From positions 1 through 59,432 of the IMG/VR virus record IMGVR_UViG_3300020205_002237: a stretch of DNA of 59,432 bases; one strand, 5' to 3'. How positions within the stretch are numbered: position 1 is the stretch's first letter; each line of letters starts with the position of its first letter. Positions 36,601 to 47,900 of the stretch are shown here, piece after piece. Source of the stretch: a virus (Duplodnaviria > Caudoviricetes). The notes under the pieces were generated by a model. The model did not search any database and was not told the origin of the DNA. It worked only from the letters and a program-made list of their open reading frames with translations. Both the position numbers and the translations under genes were made by a program.

Positions 36601-37767
36601 ATTTACTGAAGCTGCACTAAGCGCTGACCATCCAGGTGGACTTCTACTAGTATCTAAAATGGTGACGCTTACACTTTGACTTATACCATTAAGACTCAAC
36701 AGAAAAGTTTCTTGCCCTTCTGTAAAACTATCCGTTGCAACTGTAAAACTTATAGTTGCAGTATTACTTTGTACATTAAAGCTGCCAGTTAAATTGCCAG
36801 AGGTTAAGTCTGCGCTATCAATACCTGTAACAGTATAATAAACTAAAGTTCCATTAGTAACATTAAGGGTTGTTAGTGTTACAGTAAATGTTTTACTATT
36901 AGTTTCATTAACGGTAGCAAGGCTTGCACTTAACGAATATTGTGGATTTGTCGAACTTCCAGTGCCTGTGCCAGCAGCTTGATATAGGTCTCCGTTTGCT
37001 GACAATATGCTTTTATATCCACTAAGGCCTGAATCAAATTGACGTATAGCGCTTATAGTCCCCGCAATACTAGTTCTATAAGTAGATATTTGTTTACTGT
37101 ATATAGTTGAACCAAATCGTTTATACACATTATCTCGTAATATTTGGCTTATTTGACCTGGAGTAGTATAAGAGTTATATTCATATATTGTATACGCTTT
37201 AGGCAATAAATATATAGCGTTAGTAGGGCTTGATATACTTATAGTAGCCGTACTACTAATATTAGCTAACGTAAATAAGTCTGAAATATCATGAGGCACT
37301 AATTGAGTAAAGCTACTGTCAAAAGTTTTTGCTTGAGAAGAATTATACATTCTTAGTGCAAAACCAGTACTAGACAGCGTAGATAAACTACCAGTATCTG
37401 TGGCAAATATATACGCAGTAGGTAAGGTAAATGTTCCAGTGACACCAGAATATACTTCACAAGTTAGTGACCTATTAACATCCATAACTGATGTTGGAAA
37501 ATTATAGTAAACATCAACATTACCATTGTCTGGTAGTTTCCATAGTACAATGTAAGTACCGGTATTTAATAAAATTGTTGCTGTAGTATATTCTCGTTTA
37601 TAATAACCAGCGTGTAAGTTATCTATTGAATCTCCTGTAACTATTCCGGTTGCTGTAGACGTGGGTGTAGTGTTAAATTCTAATGTTCGTACAAATGTGG
37701 GATTAACATAATCGCTATCTATTAGTAGTTCTGATTCATCATTTATAATTCTTAGTCCATATGCCAT
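33634..37767 (-). CDS. tail-tip adhesin: MAYG N-domain, Calx-beta/Ig-like repeats, C-terminal glycine-rich domain
   Basis: Repeats V(N/D)EG...D..TEG.E.F....I.DTS; GGGGGG domain at C-terminus. Confidence 0.75.
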   Translation of the reverse strand: MAYGLRIINDESELLIDSDYVNPTFVRTLEFNTTPTSTATGIVTGDSIDNLHAGYYKREYTTATILLNTGTYIVLWKLPDNGNVDVYYNFPTSVMDVNRSLTCEVYSGVTGTFTLPTAYIFATDTGSLSTLSSTGFALRMYNSSQAKTFDSSFTQLVPHDISDLFTLANISSTATISISSPTNAIYLLPKAYTIYEYNSYTTPGQISQILRDNVYKRFGSTIYSKQISTYRTSIAGTISAIRQFDSGLSGYKSILSANGDLYQAAGTGTGSSTNPQYSLSASLATVNETNSKTFTVTLTTLNVTNGTLVYYTVTGIDSADLTSGNLTGSFNVQSNTATISFTVATDSFTEGQETFLLSLNGISQSVSVTILDTSRSPPGWSALSAASVNEGFSIYADFYALYNDATYPVTFTVEVSDPPTATEFEFAYPDITITPSIPSGATYTRVTINARADLRLEGVEAFRIKAVVDGISYYTSNITVNDTTTSSITTADNWLVGTDNTVSITVIGGLGKTVNLYSIDSSVIDVKAGSPSSWAVNSSNFTATTTYQAKTLNPGTFANVGLWLKNGEEFIAPKYITISSPNPVYSWATSPLTVDEGQTQSLQFNYTNAPANTVINFYFATPLSGTSASNDGVLNTTTFTTGSTLSSGSVSVSYSVTADSTTEVTEYFRLHAQINGTASYYSQDITINDTSLTPSYGINAVNPPWDENTTEATTITLSNVNGYTYFPVSNNAAVTCQTTSFTVTSNSFTTTLYWNVGAVTADTTVTLELRRSRSNGVVDATTSVVVTNYVAPTYVLSANPASSSEGNSFTITLTTNQSGSFPYTVTGISSADLEGADTTLTGSLANNGTRTFNVKADAVTENTEVFSIKLNNNLSNTLTVSISDTSKSPTSISRTGSTSGTSGTVFSSSFTVAVNGTPSTATWSQTGTIPTGLSLTQTGLSGGYYSTYTLSGTPSASGTFNFTINATTATGETATANYSVVIGLPAATYSWGGVDNVDENSATNTMSFNFTNAVNAAVTFALLAPTGTYRSGVSDITLSTTSGTANGTSSISVNYSAVADQVTEGYEYFRIRATVGGVTYDTTDIVISDTSLWPANGTLLSASCLNNGVAPYTYRQVYANGSGGTYNVDTNNSATCGYTAPSVPQWRNSEVNTNWTVPTGTTSIALAMIGGGGGGRTISNTGGGGGAGGVYYAASLAVTPGDVLSFVIGSGGTANTSGSSTTMAKNGTIVAVAASGLNSGGGNFGGGAGFNALSGLTPGGGSGNATSGGGGGGAAGDGYPGGGGEGGDGGLGIEFNIDGVDYRVAGGGGGGGQVIYGLGGITDTGFDCGAGRGGYGSSYSVSNSPGTNATKTGSGGGGGRLNGSGGAGFKGRVWWYG

Positions 37768-37776
37768 GAAGTTACC

Positions 37777-38112
37777 TTATTTAACGAATATGTATACAAT
37801 AGTATTGCCGACAACAAATCTAGGATCTGTTAAAGTTGAAGATGGATTAATTATACTAAAATCAATTACATTCAATCCATTTCCTGTAACACCTGCGTTC
37901 CATACAGCATTGCCTGTTTTAAGTTGAATAACTCTAATAGTTCTGCCAGCATATTCAGGGAATTCTTTACGATACTCGTTACTAATAGAAGGGGAAGCAA
38001 TTGCATCGGCCGGTGTAAGAGTATAGGTTCTAGCAAAGACCCCACTTTTATTAGAATTTTGCAAAACTATAGTTGAGTTATCGGCTTTAACTGTTTTTAT
38101 TCCGTATGCCAT
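37777..38112 (-). CDS. small tail-tip protein (MAYG type)
   Basis: N-terminus similar to the downstream gene; follows central fibre. Confidence 0.65.
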   Translation of the reverse strand: MAYGIKTVKADNSTIVLQNSNKSGVFARTYTLTPADAIASPSISNEYRKEFPEYAGRTIRVIQLKTGNAVWNAGVTGNGLNVIDFSIINPSSTLTDPRFVVGNTIVYIFVK

Positions 38113-38113
38113 A

Positions 38114-40519
38114 TTATAATAAACCTAATTTAACTCGTGGAACTGAACTATTATAGATAATAATATTGTCTGGAGTAATTAATATGCCGTTAGTAGTACT
38201 GGCAGTACTACCTACTTTAATTGTACCAGTTACTGTTAAGTTACCAGTATTGGTTTGTATAGCTTCTAAAGTTCCTGCTTTAAAATAACTTATGTAAGGA
38301 ATACTCCAAGTGGTAGTAGTACTACCTGCAGCAGTTATTCCGTCTGTTTGATATTGAGCATTATTATCAGTTACTGAAACAGGAGAAAGCGACCATATTT
38401 CAGAACTACCATCACGAGCAGTTGGAGCTGCCCCATTTGTTGTCGAAGTTGGAGCGCTAGTAAACGTAGTATTAGCGGGAAAGGACTTATAAGCTCTGTG
38501 AGTAGATGCACCTGTTTGGCCTGGTACAACTGAATTTTGACCGGCCCTGGACTTACTAAAAGTCTGTGTTTGTGTAGTGGAGAACGATACTCCAGTCGAA
38601 CTTTTGCCAGTTATAGTATATGTAATTGCAGAGCTATCTGTGCCTGCAAGTACTCCGCTATGTACTCCAATAGTTGCGAAAGTCCCGCTATCAGTAATGC
38701 TACCTACAGTTATATTACTTGGTGTACCAGTACTAAAAGTCCACGTACCGTTACTAGTACCTACTCCGTCATAAGAAAGTTCTGTGGCACCTTCATATAC
38801 ACGTAGTTGAGTACCGCTATTTGTATATGAAGTAACATTACCGTCTTTATCTGCTGGAAACGTATGCGCTCCATTACTAAGGACCGGATTTATGGCTGAA
38901 TTACCTGTAGCTCCCGGGACACCTTTATATACAACATTAATAAACTGTGTGTCTAGTAATGTTGCTCCGCTAACAGTCGCTTGATTATACATTCTTGCTG
39001 TATAACTAGATTTTCCAGAAGTACTTGCGGGAGTTAGTGTAATAACAGCACTTGCTGTATTTGTAGCCGTTGTAGCTTCCGAATCTCCGTTTGCAGTAAC
39101 AGTTAGCCAACCAAAATTAGTAGTAACATTACCGTCGTACTTCTTACCTTGAAAAGTAATAGTTGAGTATGTACCAGTAGTAGCAGCATCCGGTGCATCT
39201 TTAACAATTACTGGAGTGTTTGTGACTATATCGTAAACTAGAGATGATGTTCCTACTACTCCATCTAAAGACTTATTAACATTAAATCTTTTAGTAATAC
39301 TTGTATAACCAGCTTTGCTTGCAGTAAGGTCTATAAATCCTGACAAACCTGGTAAAGCTGTTATGGTTTGAGTACGCCCAATAGGACTACCACTAGAAGT
39401 TGAACTAAGATTATTTATATTGGCTGAATATGTCCAATTAGCGCTATCGTCTGTGGCGCCAATAAACACACTCATAGTGGTTTCAGCACCTGCAAACGTA
39501 GCTACTACACCTGCACTATTTGCAGGAACAGTTGCACTTTCGTTGCTTAATACAGCGGTAACAGTATCTGTGCCATCAAACACTACAGGTATAAATTGTT
39601 CATCAATCTTACTAACTGTTCCACCTGCTAAATAAAGTTCTGCTTTTATACTTGTAATATTTGCGGAACTTGGAGAATACGTATAACTTGATTGATCTGA
39701 TGCAGAAATATAGCTTGCTGTAGCACTGCCATTTTCATATATTTTAAATCTACCGGCATAAAGAGCAGGAGTTGTTATGCCTACTGCAAAATATCCGTAT
39801 ACGGTAATACTTGCTGGATTTAAAACACCTAGTTTACTTTTTTGAATAGCTGCTGCTGAAACAACTAAACCGTACGCGGTTGCATTTTGCCCGTCATTAA
39901 CAACTGCCATAACAATTGTTTTTGTTAGGGGCGTAGATATTCCTGTACCTGTTACACTTAAGGTAACAGTTACAGAAGTTGTTGATATTGTGGCTGGTTT
40001 TACGCTTATAGAAGCAGTACCAGTAGCTGTAGTTGAAATGCCATCAAGCAGCGTTCCATTTGTAATTGTCCAAGTATACCCAGGGCTAGCAATACCGTTT
40101 AGAACTGCTGTTAAGGTAACAGAAGTTGGAGTAAATGTAGTACCGGCGCTGTTTTTAACAAAAGCACTGTATCCAGAAATATCAATTGATTGTGCAGAAG
40201 CCGCTACTGGAGTAGCCGTTAATTGAGTAGAAACAGTAAATACATCTACTTGAATGTCACTTACAAAAGCGTACTTAACATAATAAGTAGTACCTGCAAC
40301 TAATGCTGTACCATCATTTAATTTTGGAATAATTATAGATAAACTTAATCCATCGAATACAAGAGTATTACTTAAAGGAACAGCAGGTATTGGTGAAGCC
40401 GAACACCATACTAGTACTTTAACTAAATCATCACGGATATCCGTTGTTCTAATAGTATCGTACGGCGTATCTAATTTTAATATTAACGAATTTACGCCCG
40501 CTGATAAGGTTGCTGCCAT
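38114..40519 (-). CDS. central tail fibre/spike, gpJ C-terminal-like
   Basis: Beta-sandwich repeats (LSNE/G...PA...G.V); C-terminus IIIYNSSVPRVKLGLL typical of central fibres. Confidence 0.7.
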   Translation of the reverse strand: MAATLSAGVNSLILKLDTPYDTIRTTDIRDDLVKVLVWCSASPIPAVPLSNTLVFDGLSLSIIIPKLNDGTALVAGTTYYVKYAFVSDIQVDVFTVSTQLTATPVAASAQSIDISGYSAFVKNSAGTTFTPTSVTLTAVLNGIASPGYTWTITNGTLLDGISTTATGTASISVKPATISTTSVTVTLSVTGTGISTPLTKTIVMAVVNDGQNATAYGLVVSAAAIQKSKLGVLNPASITVYGYFAVGITTPALYAGRFKIYENGSATASYISASDQSSYTYSPSSANITSIKAELYLAGGTVSKIDEQFIPVVFDGTDTVTAVLSNESATVPANSAGVVATFAGAETTMSVFIGATDDSANWTYSANINNLSSTSSGSPIGRTQTITALPGLSGFIDLTASKAGYTSITKRFNVNKSLDGVVGTSSLVYDIVTNTPVIVKDAPDAATTGTYSTITFQGKKYDGNVTTNFGWLTVTANGDSEATTATNTASAVITLTPASTSGKSSYTARMYNQATVSGATLLDTQFINVVYKGVPGATGNSAINPVLSNGAHTFPADKDGNVTSYTNSGTQLRVYEGATELSYDGVGTSNGTWTFSTGTPSNITVGSITDSGTFATIGVHSGVLAGTDSSAITYTITGKSSTGVSFSTTQTQTFSKSRAGQNSVVPGQTGASTHRAYKSFPANTTFTSAPTSTTNGAAPTARDGSSEIWSLSPVSVTDNNAQYQTDGITAAGSTTTTWSIPYISYFKAGTLEAIQTNTGNLTVTGTIKVGSTASTTNGILITPDNIIIYNSSVPRVKLGLL

Positions 40520-40527
40520 ATTTGTCC

Positions 40528-43500
40528 TTAAACAATTGTTTTAATCTTTAAAGAAGCTAGTACGCTTGTATCACTATAGTTATCATGAATATCTACGGTT
40601 CTACAGGCTACTCTATAAGTTATACCGGCTTCTGAAAGACGTGGGGCGGTAAAATCTAGTAAACTTTGTCTAGTTGCACCGGTTGACTTTACTACTTTTA
40701 TTTCATTTGTACTATCTGGAACTAAATTCCAGAAATCTGTTGTACCACTATCTCTGTATATTCTGTACTCATAGTGCTTAAATAAAGAAGGATTAATAGC
40801 AGTATTAGATATAGCGTTCATATCTAAAAAATGGGTATTAAGGTCAAGATATATACTATCAACAGTTGAATAAGTTTTAAAAGTTCCTACTGTATGCGTA
40901 AACTCACTAGTCCATGGGCCTGTTCTGCCGTCTATGGCTACGTATCTTACTTTTATTTTATATACCTGACTTTTTTCTACGCCAGATATATAGATAGAGC
41001 CAGAGTTATATTTTTCTTTAAAAGTTGTAGTATTTATTAAAGTGCTAGTATTTTGTAAATAATAACTACACTCAATCATGTCCGTACCTTTAGGTAGTTC
41101 TTGTGGATTAGTATAACTTATTTTTATTCTTTGTTCATAGTTACCAGTAGAAAGCAATCTAGCTGCAGATTCATCACTTACAATTAAAGTAACATTAGGC
41201 ACGTCTGTGCTGGTAAAACTTGTTCTTAAATCTTGTCCTGGCAAAGTGATTTTTGTTTCAAAAACTGTACTCGCTGTTAGAGTGGTATAATCGGTAAATA
41301 TGTTGTAAGTACTAGTAACTCCGTAGTCGACTAAAGTAATTGATGCGGATTTATTTGAACTAGGCTCAATACTTAGTACAATTAAATCCTGTGATTCTTG
41401 CCCCAGTTCACCAAACATATACAAATCACTACTATTTATCTGTACAGAAGTTGCGGCTACAAGTATCTTAACACTAGTATAATAACCTGAAGATAACCCG
41501 GTTTTGTCTACTTCTCTTTCAATACTTGCACCTGTTGAAGATCTAACTCTAATCGTATAGCGTTTAGAAACGTCAATATATACTTGCTCGTCTAGGGTAA
41601 ATTCAGTAGCGCTTATACGATTTTTAATCCTGCCAGTTCCACCACCCCACATAGGTACATCATGACTTACTTTTACACGATCTCCGCGATTACAAACCAA
41701 ATATTCAATATCTGTATTTAATCTGTATGCTTCTGGACGCAATTTTGCTTGGGCAAAATGCCAACGAGCATGGTCAATTACTAGTGATTTTTTTGTAACT
41801 CCAGGTAATTGAATACTTTCAAATAACTCTGCATTACTTTCAGATTTTCCTGCATTATAGACAATAACTTCTGCTTGTTGGTAATCTTGATCTTCATCAA
41901 TATAAGTTACTTTTAAACCATCAGGCATTTTAACTAATGCTTTTGAAGATTCAAATCCCCAACTATTATGTGGAGTAAAGTGCTGTACAATATTTGGTTT
42001 AGGCTCGTCAATTACTACTGACCACTTTCCATCTACCATAGCAGGGCTTGCTCTACCAGCAGCACAAATATCTCGTAATACTTCTAATATGCTACGTTGT
42101 GAGGCTAGTATGCTATTATAAGTGAATCCTTTTAGGCCACAGTAATAGTGCCAATACTGAATTTGTGCTAAATCTACCTTAGTACTAACATCTGTATCTT
42201 TTACTCTTTGAGGATTAGCTGGGTGTTTTAAAACATATAAAAACAAGTCGGCAGGATTATTAGTTGCCATAGTTGTCCAGTTAGTACCATCCCACGATGG
42301 AGCCCAAGTTTGCACAATAGCATTAATACCTTCAATTTGTCCATTAAGCTGGTCATTTGCTTTAATTTTTAAAGCAGTTCCTGCAAGACTACAATTAACT
42401 GGCTCCTTTATAGGAAACATATTACGTAAAAAAGTAGTTTGTAACAATATTACTTGTCCGTAGATCTGTGCTTTAGCATAGCCGTTAGCTGCTTTTGTCC
42501 ACTCAGCATCAGCACCAGTTTTTCTACGAACTCTAACTTGTACTTCGTTATAAGAATTTAATCCATAATAAGTTTTATTTACTGTAAATGCATCTTTTTT
42601 AACTGTACCATCTCCAAGTCCAAAATCTTGCCAAGTTGTCCAAGGTCCGGTGCCGTCTTTTACTTGAATCTCAATAGCTACAAAAACAGACTCTTCTTTT
42701 CCAGATTCTTTGCCTTCTGCAAAGATTCTACGCAAACCTTGAGGTAAATGTAATGAAACAGTAAATTGACTAACTGGCACTACAGCTCCACTAGTATTAG
42801 TAGTTGGTGGACCACTGCTTGCAGTTATAAAGGGGCCGTATGTACCTTCTGTTAGTACTGCATTATACTGGCCTGGACAAGTTAAAGTAATACCACTAGC
42901 AACAACTTTTACGTCTTGCCCATATATAGCATTAAAATCTAATACTTGCTGTGCTGTAGGAGCAATTTTTCTATCTAAAGTTACTGGCGCTACAGGTAGT
43001 GTGTAGTCTGTTAGAGCAACGTTACCGATTTTAAAAGTTGCGGCATCAATATTAAGAGGACCATATCCCCATAATAGGAGCATTGATAAGTAACTTTCAG
43101 TTTCGTTTTCATAAGTAAGATAATTAACAGCGCCAAGTGGTGGAGTGTATTTAATTTTACCTAAAACTACTGGTATTGCTTCATACGGATGTATTTGGTT
43201 AGCCCCTCCCGTAACCATGTACTGCTGAATAGTAGATCCAGGACTATTAATATCAGGTGGACGAATTGGTGAAATAGCATTAATTAGCGCTCCACCTGCA
43301 ATTGTAAAAGCAACAGTAGCGGCAGCATTAGCTACTAGCATAGAAGTAGTTACTGCTGTTCCGCCAGCCGCTGCTGTTGCAGCAGCAGCAGTATATCCCG
43401 TCATTTGTCCTGCTAAATATGGTGCAACATACGCTACTATTAAAGTAAGTATTAGTCTTGAAGTATTACCTTTTCCAGGTACTGCACGATATTCAACACG

Positions 43501-44100
43501 ATCTGTATCTTTTAAAGCAGTAGTATGCCAGCTTTTTGGATCTGCTACAACACCATTAACCATAATGGTAATTTTGCTTGCTAATTCATCAGCAATTTTA
43601 TACTCAAACTTAATCCAGGCTGCCAACTTATCTAAAGTTGTGCCTGGTAAAATAGGTACAGTAAAACGCTCAGTACGTAGTGGGTGTGGCACTACGTTTA
43701 AAATTGCACTTTTGTTTTCACTGTACTTATAAAATCCCGTAATACGGTTCTTCCAACCCACAGAGTCAAAAGATTCTATTGCGCTATCGCGACGATCACG
43801 CGCATGCAAAAAATGAGTACTGCTAACAGCAATACCCATGTGTGATTCTACACCCAAAATATTAAATAGTACGATGCAGCCTTCTGTTGGAGTATCTATT
43901 TTTTCCCAACCTTCTTTGTACTGGGCAAGCAAATCTTTCATCTGCTCAACATCGTCAGCTTCGTAATTAGTACTAAAATTAGGTAGATCTATATTATATT
44001 CTTGCTTATAAACAAGGCGAACTAATCCCCAGCAATCAATGCCGTTTGTATCTCTACCCTTGTCTAGGAAAGGTATGCCTATATATTTATTGTGCCACAT
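40528..44100 (-). CDS. NlpC/P60 + gpI-like + gpJ-like tail tip hub fusion
   Basis: GIDCWGLV...HMGI...FLHA; hydrophobic Ala/Gly segment; N...PYEAIPVVLG, NNPA, RGDRVKVSHD hub motifs. Confidence 0.85.
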   Translation of the reverse strand: MWHNKYIGIPFLDKGRDTNGIDCWGLVRLVYKQEYNIDLPNFSTNYEADDVEQMKDLLAQYKEGWEKIDTPTEGCIVLFNILGVESHMGIAVSSTHFLHARDRRDSAIESFDSVGWKNRITGFYKYSENKSAILNVVPHPLRTERFTVPILPGTTLDKLAAWIKFEYKIADELASKITIMVNGVVADPKSWHTTALKDTDRVEYRAVPGKGNTSRLILTLIVAYVAPYLAGQMTGYTAAAATAAAGGTAVTTSMLVANAAATVAFTIAGGALINAISPIRPPDINSPGSTIQQYMVTGGANQIHPYEAIPVVLGKIKYTPPLGAVNYLTYENETESYLSMLLLWGYGPLNIDAATFKIGNVALTDYTLPVAPVTLDRKIAPTAQQVLDFNAIYGQDVKVVASGITLTCPGQYNAVLTEGTYGPFITASSGPPTTNTSGAVVPVSQFTVSLHLPQGLRRIFAEGKESGKEESVFVAIEIQVKDGTGPWTTWQDFGLGDGTVKKDAFTVNKTYYGLNSYNEVQVRVRRKTGADAEWTKAANGYAKAQIYGQVILLQTTFLRNMFPIKEPVNCSLAGTALKIKANDQLNGQIEGINAIVQTWAPSWDGTNWTTMATNNPADLFLYVLKHPANPQRVKDTDVSTKVDLAQIQYWHYYCGLKGFTYNSILASQRSILEVLRDICAAGRASPAMVDGKWSVVIDEPKPNIVQHFTPHNSWGFESSKALVKMPDGLKVTYIDEDQDYQQAEVIVYNAGKSESNAELFESIQLPGVTKKSLVIDHARWHFAQAKLRPEAYRLNTDIEYLVCNRGDRVKVSHDVPMWGGGTGRIKNRISATEFTLDEQVYIDVSKRYTIRVRSSTGASIEREVDKTGLSSGYYTSVKILVAATSVQINSSDLYMFGELGQESQDLIVLSIEPSSNKSASITLVDYGVTSTYNIFTDYTTLTASTVFETKITLPGQDLRTSFTSTDVPNVTLIVSDESAARLLSTGNYEQRIKISYTNPQELPKGTDMIECSYYLQNTSTLINTTTFKEKYNSGSIYISGVEKSQVYKIKVRYVAIDGRTGPWTSEFTHTVGTFKTYSTVDSIYLDLNTHFLDMNAISNTAINPSLFKHYEYRIYRDSGTTDFWNLVPDSTNEIKVVKSTGATRQSLLDFTAPRLSEAGITYRVACRTVDIHDNYSDTSVLASLKIKTIV

Positions 44101-44621
44101 TAGAACATTCCTGGAAAATATGCTGGAGTAAACGAGTGCATTGGAAATGGTTCACGCTCATAATCTATCATTGATAAATCGGCTGTTACTGAATCAGCAT
44201 TATAGCTAAAACTACTAATATAAAAGCCATTAAAAGTAGCTTCTACTATCTCAGGTGTTTTTGATAGTACTAGTTCCATCTTTACTTTAGGAGGCCCTAC
44301 AATAGTTCTAACTATAGGTATTACATATTTAGTAACATCACGCAAAACTATTGAACATCTTGGAGCTTGTGCTTCTTCTTCAGTTGGTAATGAAATTTCC
44401 ATGGGTAGAAAAATAAAGTCTTGGCTACGGCTTGTTACACCATAAATTATTTCATCTGCAGTTTCACTAATACGTTTTGTGAAACCATCAGCAAGTCTGG
44501 TTATAACAGTAACTCCGTCTGCTGGATCATATACAGTTAATAAAAATAATAAATCACTATCAGCTTCAGGCGAAAATATAGCCTTAATAGCTTCCGGTGA
44601 CATTGTTGTTAATCTACTCAT
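44100..44621 (-). CDS. tail tip protein, gpL/DUF1833-like
   Basis: F..LPMEISLP, EPFP.HSFTPAYFPGMF C-terminus; synteny. Confidence 0.75.
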   Translation of the reverse strand: MSRLTTMSPEAIKAIFSPEADSDLLFLLTVYDPADGVTVITRLADGFTKRISETADEIIYGVTSRSQDFIFLPMEISLPTEEEAQAPRCSIVLRDVTKYVIPIVRTIVGPPKVKMELVLSKTPEIVEATFNGFYISSFSYNADSVTADLSMIDYEREPFPMHSFTPAYFPGMF

Positions 44622-44983
44622 GGTAATATTTCAAACTGTAAAGACACGTTACAAAAACCTGGAGCAAGGTACGCAGCAGTAAAAAGGGCACCATCTCCTT
44701 GAGGTACTATACGTGCTTCTACTACAGTACTTTTGCGAGGATGTGGAAAACCAAATCTAGCTGTACCACGTAGTGTATTTGTAATCCACGTCTCTAAAGT
44801 TGCTACTTGTACATTTGTCATAATAAAGGTTAGTTGCATAGTATCAGATCTGCGACCACGGTATCGTTGCTTTGCAGGCCCTGCATCCATAGGAGTCCTT
44901 AATATAAGTGCTCCTATGGATTCTGAAAAACCTTTTTGAGGTACTTGTGGAAGTGTTGGCTCCCAAACATAGCTATATGCCAT
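44618..44983 (-). CDS. distal tail protein, gpM-like
   Basis: W..TLP, RTPMDAGPAKQR, L.G...F.FPHP; directly after TMP. Confidence 0.75.
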   Translation of the reverse strand: MAYSYVWEPTLPQVPQKGFSESIGALILRTPMDAGPAKQRYRGRRSDTMQLTFIMTNVQVATLETWITNTLRGTARFGFPHPRKSTVVEARIVPQGDGALFTAAYLAPGFCNVSLQFEILP

Positions 44984-44985
44984 AA

Positions 44986-47900
44986 TTATCTCCTAATTAA
45001 CTGAGGCTGAAGTCCGAAAGTTCCTCGTATAGCTTTTTGCGAAGCACTACCATTTCTAGAAATTTCACCTGCAGTCATATCTCCTATAACAACTTCAATT
45101 TTACGATTGCCTCGGCTATCAACAGTTTCTTTAGTTTCTGCTTGTGCAGTAGAATAGTTGTTAACAACTACGTCAACATTTCCGCCACTGCCAGCTGCAC
45201 GAACTCCAAGATTACCGTTGCTATCACGTTTTAGCGGCATAATAGCTTCTGGTCCTGCTTCACCCATTAAACCAGTGCCTTGTGCAAATTTGAATAGTGT
45301 AGGTTGATTTACAACTGAATTAGTAAACATTCCGCCTTTGGCAAAAGTTTTTAGCCCGGTGTCGTATACACTACCTTTAGCAGAAGCTACAGGCCCTGCC
45401 ATAGTTCCAGTCATAGATCCTGTATTACCCATGTTTCCAAAAATACTACCAATAAAATTCATAAATCCTGGTTTAAATGCTGCTGACATCATTATAGCTT
45501 GTTGCTGCATTTCATAACGAATTAAACCTTCAATAAAACTGTCTATCATACCTTTAAAGTTAAGCTTACCAGTTTTGGTAAACTCAATAACGGCATCGGC
45601 CATACCCTCAAAACTATTTTTAAGTATGTCTCCGTATTTAAGCTGCCTGTCAGTTAAGTAGTCGTCCAAAGTTTTAGTTTTTTGTTTTGCTTCATATACT
45701 TTATTTACTCCTTCAACTTCTAGTAAATAGGCTTGGGAAGCTGCTTCAGCTTTAGCATTAATAGAATCAATATCGCCAGCATTTTTAGGATCAAGCAATT
45801 GCTTAGCTAAATCTAAACGTGTTGCAATAAGACTATTTTGTAACTGCTCTAGTTTAATATCACGTTCTTTGATTGTTTGCATTTTATTAATTGTTAGAAG
45901 CTGTTCACGATAGTTATCTGTAGTAATCGTGCCTAAGTCAAGTTGATTCTGCAAAACTTCTTTTTGTATATCAACTAAAGCATTTTCAGTTTCATTTAGT
46001 ATGCGCGTTAAGTTTACTTGAGTTTCTAAAGTTTGTGAGATTTGACCCATTGTTTGTAAGGTAATGGCTAGTGCGTTTTTACGTTCACGTTCTGCGTCAG
46101 TTATACCTTTAGCAGTATTAAATTGATTATCTGAAACTTTAAATTGCTCTTTTGCAGTAATTACACCTTTAGCAGCAATTCCAGCAATTTCACCCCACTT
46201 GCGCTCTTGTGCTTCAAGCTGAACAGTAGTTGAAACAGCAATTTCTTTTTGAATTTCTAAGCCATTTATAGCTCGTTTAACAGCATCTTCTTGCAAAACG
46301 TATTTGTCAACAATTTCATTTTGTTTTTCTAAACTTAAAGTTTGAAATGCTAGGCTCTCGGTTTCTTCCTTGCGAGCATTTCCAATATCTTTTAATGAAC
46401 TGTCGAAAGTTTTTCTTGCTTGATCAAATGCTGATTGTACTTTAACAATTTCTGCATTAATTAAGTTCATCTTTTTCTGCTCATTTAGCTGACCAACTTG
46501 TGCCATAGTACCTTGCTGTTCTTGCATAGCTTTTAAAGCTTCAGGTGATTTTTCTATATCTCCTGCTTTAATACTGTTGCTAATGTTAGTACTACTAAGT
46601 AACTTCATTCTCCTATCTATTTCAGATATTCTTGTATCTGATTTTACTGATTCAGCTGCTCGAGCACTAGCATCGTCTTTTAAGAGAGCTAAAGCTGCGT
46701 CTCTTCGAGTTTCTATAAACTGCTTCTCGCTTTGTAAACGGCTTAATTCCATTTCTTTAATTAAGCGTTGAGTTTCAGTTAACTGCTTAATTTGTAAATC
46801 AATCTTTTGATTTTCTATTTGAGCCCCAAGCTTTGCTGTTTCTGCTGTTTGTGGCAGTTTGTCTAGTAAGTTCTTTTGTGATCCTAGTACTGTTTCTGCC
46901 ATTTTACGAGTAAAACTGCCTTCAACAAGTTCGAAACCTTTTACAATTGAAGCTTTTGCTGCCGCTTCAAAAGATTTTCCTAAAACTAACATTTCTTGCC
47001 TAGTGGCGTCTAATTTTGCTTTTGCTTCTTTTGAAGCTTCTTTTTCTTTTGCAACTGCTGGGCTATCGGCGCTACCAGGAGTTTCAAGTCTTCTAGAACC
47101 AGGGTTGAATGCTAGTCCGTAGCCGGCAAGATTACGTTGCGCAGAATTTAGTTTTTCAATTTTAGCTTGTGATTCACTAAGCTGTGTTTCATAACTTTTT
47201 GCCGTATTTATTAAAGCAATATATGCATCACGATTTTGCATAATAATTGCTTGTGATTCTGGGGCAAGCAATTTAATTTTACTAATATCAGTTAGTAGAT
47301 CTCTTAATGTAGCTAAATTTGCTATAGGGTCTTTTAATGCTTCTGCAAAATTAAAACCTTGTGTGGCTAAATCTTTTCCAAAAACGGATAGCGGGTCTTT
47401 TTGTATTAAAGTGTTAGATAAGTCTGTATAGCTTTTTTGTAAGCCTACAAAACCATCCTTAACTCCTGCTAAGACTGCACTAGTTTTTTGCCCTGCTTTG
47501 GAAGCATATTCAAATACATCGGCTATTTCTGCACCAACTGCAGTTAATCTAGAAGTACTCATACTGCTTAAAGACTGCTTTATAGTATCTTCTGTAAGCT
47601 CACCAACATTTAGTATACTCTTTAATCTTTCTCGTGTGTCTTTTTGCATAGAAGGATCTAAGATACCGTTTAATCCTTTCGATAGTTGCTTACCCAAACT
47701 TTTTGCAAAATCATCTTCTAAACTTTGTCCAAATAGGCCCTTAATGCTATTTACAGCATTATCCCAGCCATTAGCTTGTTGAGTGGCTTCTTTGAAACTT
47801 GCAGCGGTTTCTTTAAGGTTGTCAGATAAGTTCTGAAAAGCTGTAGTAATAGCTACAACTGAAGCTGTAGACAGCGAGTTTTTATACTTATCATAACTAG

